DNA of 64,000 nucleotides. Origin: Bryobacterales bacterium (GTDB lineage: Bacteria; Acidobacteriota; Terriglobia; Bryobacterales; UBA6623). Every line of letters starts with the position of its first letter. Position 1 is the stretch's first letter. The notes beneath the pieces are model-generated. The model was not told the origin of the DNA. It saw only the letters and a program-made list of their open reading frames with translations, and ran no database searches. The DNA lies in NCBI GenBank assembly GCA_963422375.2, contig OY729427.2, positions 256,001 through 320,000 on the forward strand, in the 5' to 3' direction. Of this stretch, positions 60,455-64,000 are shown piece by piece. The position numbers and the translations under genes were made by a program.

Positions 60455-63349
60455 ATGGTGCGCGTGTCCGTCCTGCGCCAATTCCGTCGCCCGCTGGCCT
60501 TGGCTGCGGCCCTGTGCTTATGCTCCCGGCCCGGCCTGCCGCAGGCGCCCGACCTAGCGGAGCCCCCGGACGCCGAGTCTCCCGTATCCATCCGCCTGAT
60601 GTTCGGACTCGACCGGCTCACCCCTCAGCGCTGGGACGGGGCGATCAGCCTCTCTCCGGGCCGGGTCCTTGGTGTCGGAGGAGTGCATTTCGAGGGCCGC
60701 GACAGGATCGTCGGCAGGGACGGGTGGCTGCTCTCGAATCGGGTCACCCGCTATGCGGACTCCACGACTCCGCGCGGGTACGACCCCGTCCACACTCGCC
60801 AGTACGCGATGATTCCGAACGGCGTGGCCGCGACCGCGGACGCCGCCGAATATGCTGCCGTCCGCGTCGACACCGAGCAGGGCCGCTTCTCGTTCCCGTT
60901 GCGGGACCTGCGGTTCGGACACAGGCTGGACTTCCTGGACGGCCTCGCGAGCGCCGAACGGATCCCGGTCACCGCCGACCTCACGTCGGGCGACTCCTAC
61001 AACGACTATCCGTCCGTGGCGGCGGATGCCAGCGGCGGACTCTGGCTGTCGTGGATCTGCTACCTGAACGAGCGGGACTCGGTCTGGCTCGTCCGGCATG
61101 GAGACGGCGGATGGGGCGAGCCGCTGCGGGTATCGTCGGAAGAGTACGGCGACAACTTCCGCACGGCGGTAGCCGTCGGCCGAGGCGGGGAGGTCGTCGT
61201 GGTCTGGTCCGGGAAATCTCCGTCCGGCGAGTGGGGCCTCTTCTCGAGGGCTGTTCAGGACCGGGCCCTCGGGCCGCTGGCCGTCGTTGCCGACGCCGGG
61301 CCGAACCTCTACCACCAGGCTGCATCTGACAGCGAGGGCAACATCCACGTCGTCTGGCAGGGTTTCCGGGAGCGCCTCTCGATGATCCTCCACTCGAGGC
61401 GGACGGGGGACTCGTGGTCGCCCGAGGCGACGGTGTCCGGCGCGGTGGCCGACAGCTGGGCCCCTGCCGCTAGCGCGGATTCCAAAGGCGGGGTTTGGAT
61501 CGGCTGGGACGGGTACGACGAAGGGGACTTCAACATCTTCCTGCGCCGACTCGGGCCGGACGGCCGCTGGGGCGAGACCCGGCAGGTCACTCGGTCCCCC
61601 GCTTTCGACGCCAACGTGTCGCTAGCCTGCGACGACTCGGACCGCCTGTGGATCGCCTGGGACCACGGCGAGGCCAACTGGGGCAAGGACTGGAGCAGCC
61701 AGCGATTCAAGCCGGGAGGCGGGGCCGGTCTCTACCGCACGCGCTCGGTGAAGGTTGCCGCTCTCGAAGGAGGCCGGCTGCGCCAGCCCCCCGACTTCAT
61801 GGACGCGATCCCCGAGGCATTCAAGGACTACGTGCAGCAAGCGCGTCTCGCGGTCGACCCTAGCGGGCGCGTCTGGGCCATGGCGCGGTCCCTGACGAGC
61901 GTGACCAGCCGGGTCAACAACAACTGGGGGGCGGGCGGCATCTGGGAAATGCTGCTGACGCGGCTCGACGGCGAAGGCTGGCTGCCTGCTGCCCGGCTGC
62001 ACGCCACCAACGGACGGAACGACGCGTGGGCATCCAGCGCGCGAGCACCCGGCGGGCAACTCTGGTTCGCCTGGTCGCGCGACGCGCGGCCGTTCGGCAC
62101 GAGCCGGCCGCGCAACCGAGGCACGCCCCAGGCGCGCACGACCCACGTCTCCTACGCGACGGTCGACCCCGGACATCCGGCGTGGCGCGGGTCCGGCAGC
62201 CCGCCGCTGTCGGAGTTCCGCGAGAAGTCCGCGCCGGTCGCTCCGGTCCACCCGAACGAGGTCCAGGACACGGCCGCTATCCGCGCTTACCGCTACGAGT
62301 CCCGGGGCAGGACGTATCGGATCCTGCGGGGCGACCTGCATCGCCACACGGACATTTCCAGCGACGGAATCGGAGAGGGAGCACTGGTCGACTTCTACCG
62401 GTACGCCCTGACAGCCGGGCAGTTCGACTTCATGCTGGTCGGCGACCACCAGTACGGAGGCGACTCCGTGCCGGGCGTCGAGTACAACTGGTGGCGCACC
62501 GAGAAGTCCGAGGATATCTTCCTCGTGCCCGGCCGGTTCTGGCCGCTGTTCGGCACCGAGCGCAGCCTGAACTACCCAAACGGACACCGCAACACGGTCT
62601 TCGCGCGACGGGGCATCCGCTGGATGCCGATCCAGGCCGGGGAGAGGACCGGCTCCATCAACTCGGGCGAGGTGCTGTTCCCGTACCTGCGACGCTACGG
62701 CGGAATCTCAACACCGCATACCTCGGGGTCCGACCAGGGCACGGACTGGCGGGAGAGCGACCCGAATGTCGAGCCGATCGTGGAAATCTACCAGAGCCTC
62801 CACGCGTCGTACGAGTACCCGGGCGCTCCCCGCGCCGAGACGCGGGACACTCGCTACTTCCATCACGGCGAGCCCTGGCGGCCCGACGGCTTCGTGTGGG
62901 AGGCCTGGGCCAAGGGCATCAGGATCGGCGTCCAAGCCAGCTCCGATCATGTCGGCACCCACGACGCGTACGCTTGCGTGCTGGTGCCCGCCGGGCGTCC
63001 GACAACGCGCCAGGACCTGATCGACGCGATGAAGCTGAGACACACCTATGCAGCCACCGACAACATCGTTCTCGACATGAGGATCGAGGACCGCCTAATG
63101 GGCGATGCGTTCGCAACATCCGAGGAGCCGGTTGTGCAGGCCCGTGTCATCGGAACCACGCCGATCGAACGCGTCGTGCTGGTAAAAAATAACGAGATCG
63201 TGTACGCGGCTAGCCCGAACGCCAAGGAAACGGAATTCGAATACCGCGACCGCGAGGCGCAGCCCGGCGAGAGCTACTACTACATCCGGGCGGAGCAGTC
63301 CGACGGTTCGCTGGCGTGGGGAAGCCCGATCTGGGTCGCGTTCCGATAG
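60455..63349 (+). CDS. Large secreted propeller + PHP-like metallohydrolase, paralog of 43462-46317
   Basis: NWGKDW, GDLHRHTDISSDG, DFMLVGDH, GHRN, ASSDH, TYAATDNI, AWGSPIWV shared with the paralog. Confidence 0.75.
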   Translation: MVRVSVLRQFRRPLALAAALCLCSRPGLPQAPDLAEPPDAESPVSIRLMFGLDRLTPQRWDGAISLSPGRVLGVGGVHFEGRDRIVGRDGWLLSNRVTRYADSTTPRGYDPVHTRQYAMIPNGVAATADAAEYAAVRVDTEQGRFSFPLRDLRFGHRLDFLDGLASAERIPVTADLTSGDSYNDYPSVAADASGGLWLSWICYLNERDSVWLVRHGDGGWGEPLRVSSEEYGDNFRTAVAVGRGGEVVVVWSGKSPSGEWGLFSRAVQDRALGPLAVVADAGPNLYHQAASDSEGNIHVVWQGFRERLSMILHSRRTGDSWSPEATVSGAVADSWAPAASADSKGGVWIGWDGYDEGDFNIFLRRLGPDGRWGETRQVTRSPAFDANVSLACDDSDRLWIAWDHGEANWGKDWSSQRFKPGGGAGLYRTRSVKVAALEGGRLRQPPDFMDAIPEAFKDYVQQARLAVDPSGRVWAMARSLTSVTSRVNNNWGAGGIWEMLLTRLDGEGWLPAARLHATNGRNDAWASSARAPGGQLWFAWSRDARPFGTSRPRNRGTPQARTTHVSYATVDPGHPAWRGSGSPPLSEFREKSAPVAPVHPNEVQDTAAIRAYRYESRGRTYRILRGDLHRHTDISSDGIGEGALVDFYRYALTAGQFDFMLVGDHQYGGDSVPGVEYNWWRTEKSEDIFLVPGRFWPLFGTERSLNYPNGHRNTVFARRGIRWMPIQAGERTGSINSGEVLFPYLRRYGGISTPHTSGSDQGTDWRESDPNVEPIVEIYQSLHASYEYPGAPRAETRDTRYFHHGEPWRPDGFVWEAWAKGIRIGVQASSDHVGTHDAYACVLVPAGRPTTRQDLIDAMKLRHTYAATDNIVLDMRIEDRLMGDAFATSEEPVVQARVIGTTPIERVVLVKNNEIVYAASPNAKETEFEYRDREAQPGESYYYIRAEQSDGSLAWGSPIWVAFR

Positions 63350-63484
63350 CAGCTGCGCAAGGCTAGCGAGACGAGCCAGCAGTCTTCGGACGGGCTGCCT
63401 CGGGCCGAGGCTGACGGGCGATCCCTTCCCGCGGAAGCGCCGAGCCGGCGTCACCCGAAAACGGGCTCGTCTCGGGCCAGCCGC

Positions 63485-63973
63485 TTACTTGACGAACGCG
63501 TCCCAGATCAGCTTGCCGATCCCCGAGAGTGCCGCGGCGATCACCGTGACCACGAAGACCCACAGCATCCTCAAGAGGGGACGAACCAATGCGTCGATCC
63601 GGGCGTTTACGTCCCTTAACCCGGTGTCGATCCGGGCGTTCATATCTTTGAACCCGGCGTCCATCCGGGCGTTCACATTCCTGAACCCGGCGTCCATCCG
63701 GGCGTCCACATCCTTGAACCCGGCATCCATCCGAGCGTTCGTGGCCGCAAGGGCTTCCTTCAAGTCGTCTACCTTCTCGTTCAGGTGGTCAAGCAGGGCG
63801 CCGTGGACCTTGAACTGTGCCCGCACCTCTGACATCATCGCATCGATGCCTGCATCGACCTGCTGCGCCGCCAACGCCCGGGTCGATTCGGCTACTACCA
63901 TGGCGTCCGCCCGAGACAGACCCGCATGCATCAAGGCCGAGGAGAGGTTTCCCAAGAGTTCGGTGACAGACAT
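63485..63973 (-). CDS. Coiled-coil membrane-anchored protein (DUF1640/CCDC90-like head-stalk-anchor)
   Basis: N-terminal ALMHAGLSRADA head, 11-aa repeats, C-terminal TM MLWVFVVTVIAAALSGIG. Confidence 0.7.
   Translation of the reverse strand: MSVTELLGNLSSALMHAGLSRADAMVVAESTRALAAQQVDAGIDAMMSEVRAQFKVHGALLDHLNEKVDDLKEALAATNARMDAGFKDVDARMDAGFRNVNARMDAGFKDMNARIDTGLRDVNARIDALVRPLLRMLWVFVVTVIAAALSGIGKLIWDAFVK
63593..63740. repeat. 33-bp tandem repeat, about 4.5 copies
   Basis: GTC(G/C)ATCCGGGCGT...AACCCGG units at 63593, 63626, 63659, 63692, partial at 63725; encodes NARMDAGFKDV-type units. Confidence 0.92.
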
Positions 63974-64000
63974 CGACGCATCGCTCGACTTGCGTTTCCT

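Overview
High-GC bacterial chromosomal window. The gene content (three long TonB-dependent receptors with carboxypeptidase-regulatory-like N-termini, three FG-GAP/ASPIC-UnbV proteins, TPR proteins, two sulfatases) points to Acidobacteriota, probably Bryobacterales-like and possibly host (e.g. sponge) associated; this is inference. Housekeeping blocks are skp-rseP-dxr and Xaa-Pro peptidase-accB-accC. Accessory material includes an Rpn nuclease with an internal RBS and start, two IS1595 copies inserted into lower-GC defence-like genes, two degenerate tnpB elements whose right ends lie 12-13 nt upstream of host start codons, AAA/PD-(D/E)XK genes and pseudogenes, and a frameshifted DUF932 gene. 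The most notable uncharacterised module is an operon of TPR-FG-GAP-UnbV protein, membrane-anchored pentaheme cytochrome-TPR protein and ASPIC/UnbV lipoprotein. Also notable are an orphan ActA-like pentaheme cytochrome coupled to a formylglycine-generating enzyme and two paralogous ~950-aa secreted PHP-like hydrolases. Regulatory signals include a DtxR/MntR-like palindrome, a LacI-like palindrome and several apparently leaderless genes. No rRNA, tRNA or CRISPR array was found. Family calls come from motif recognition by eye, not from database searches.
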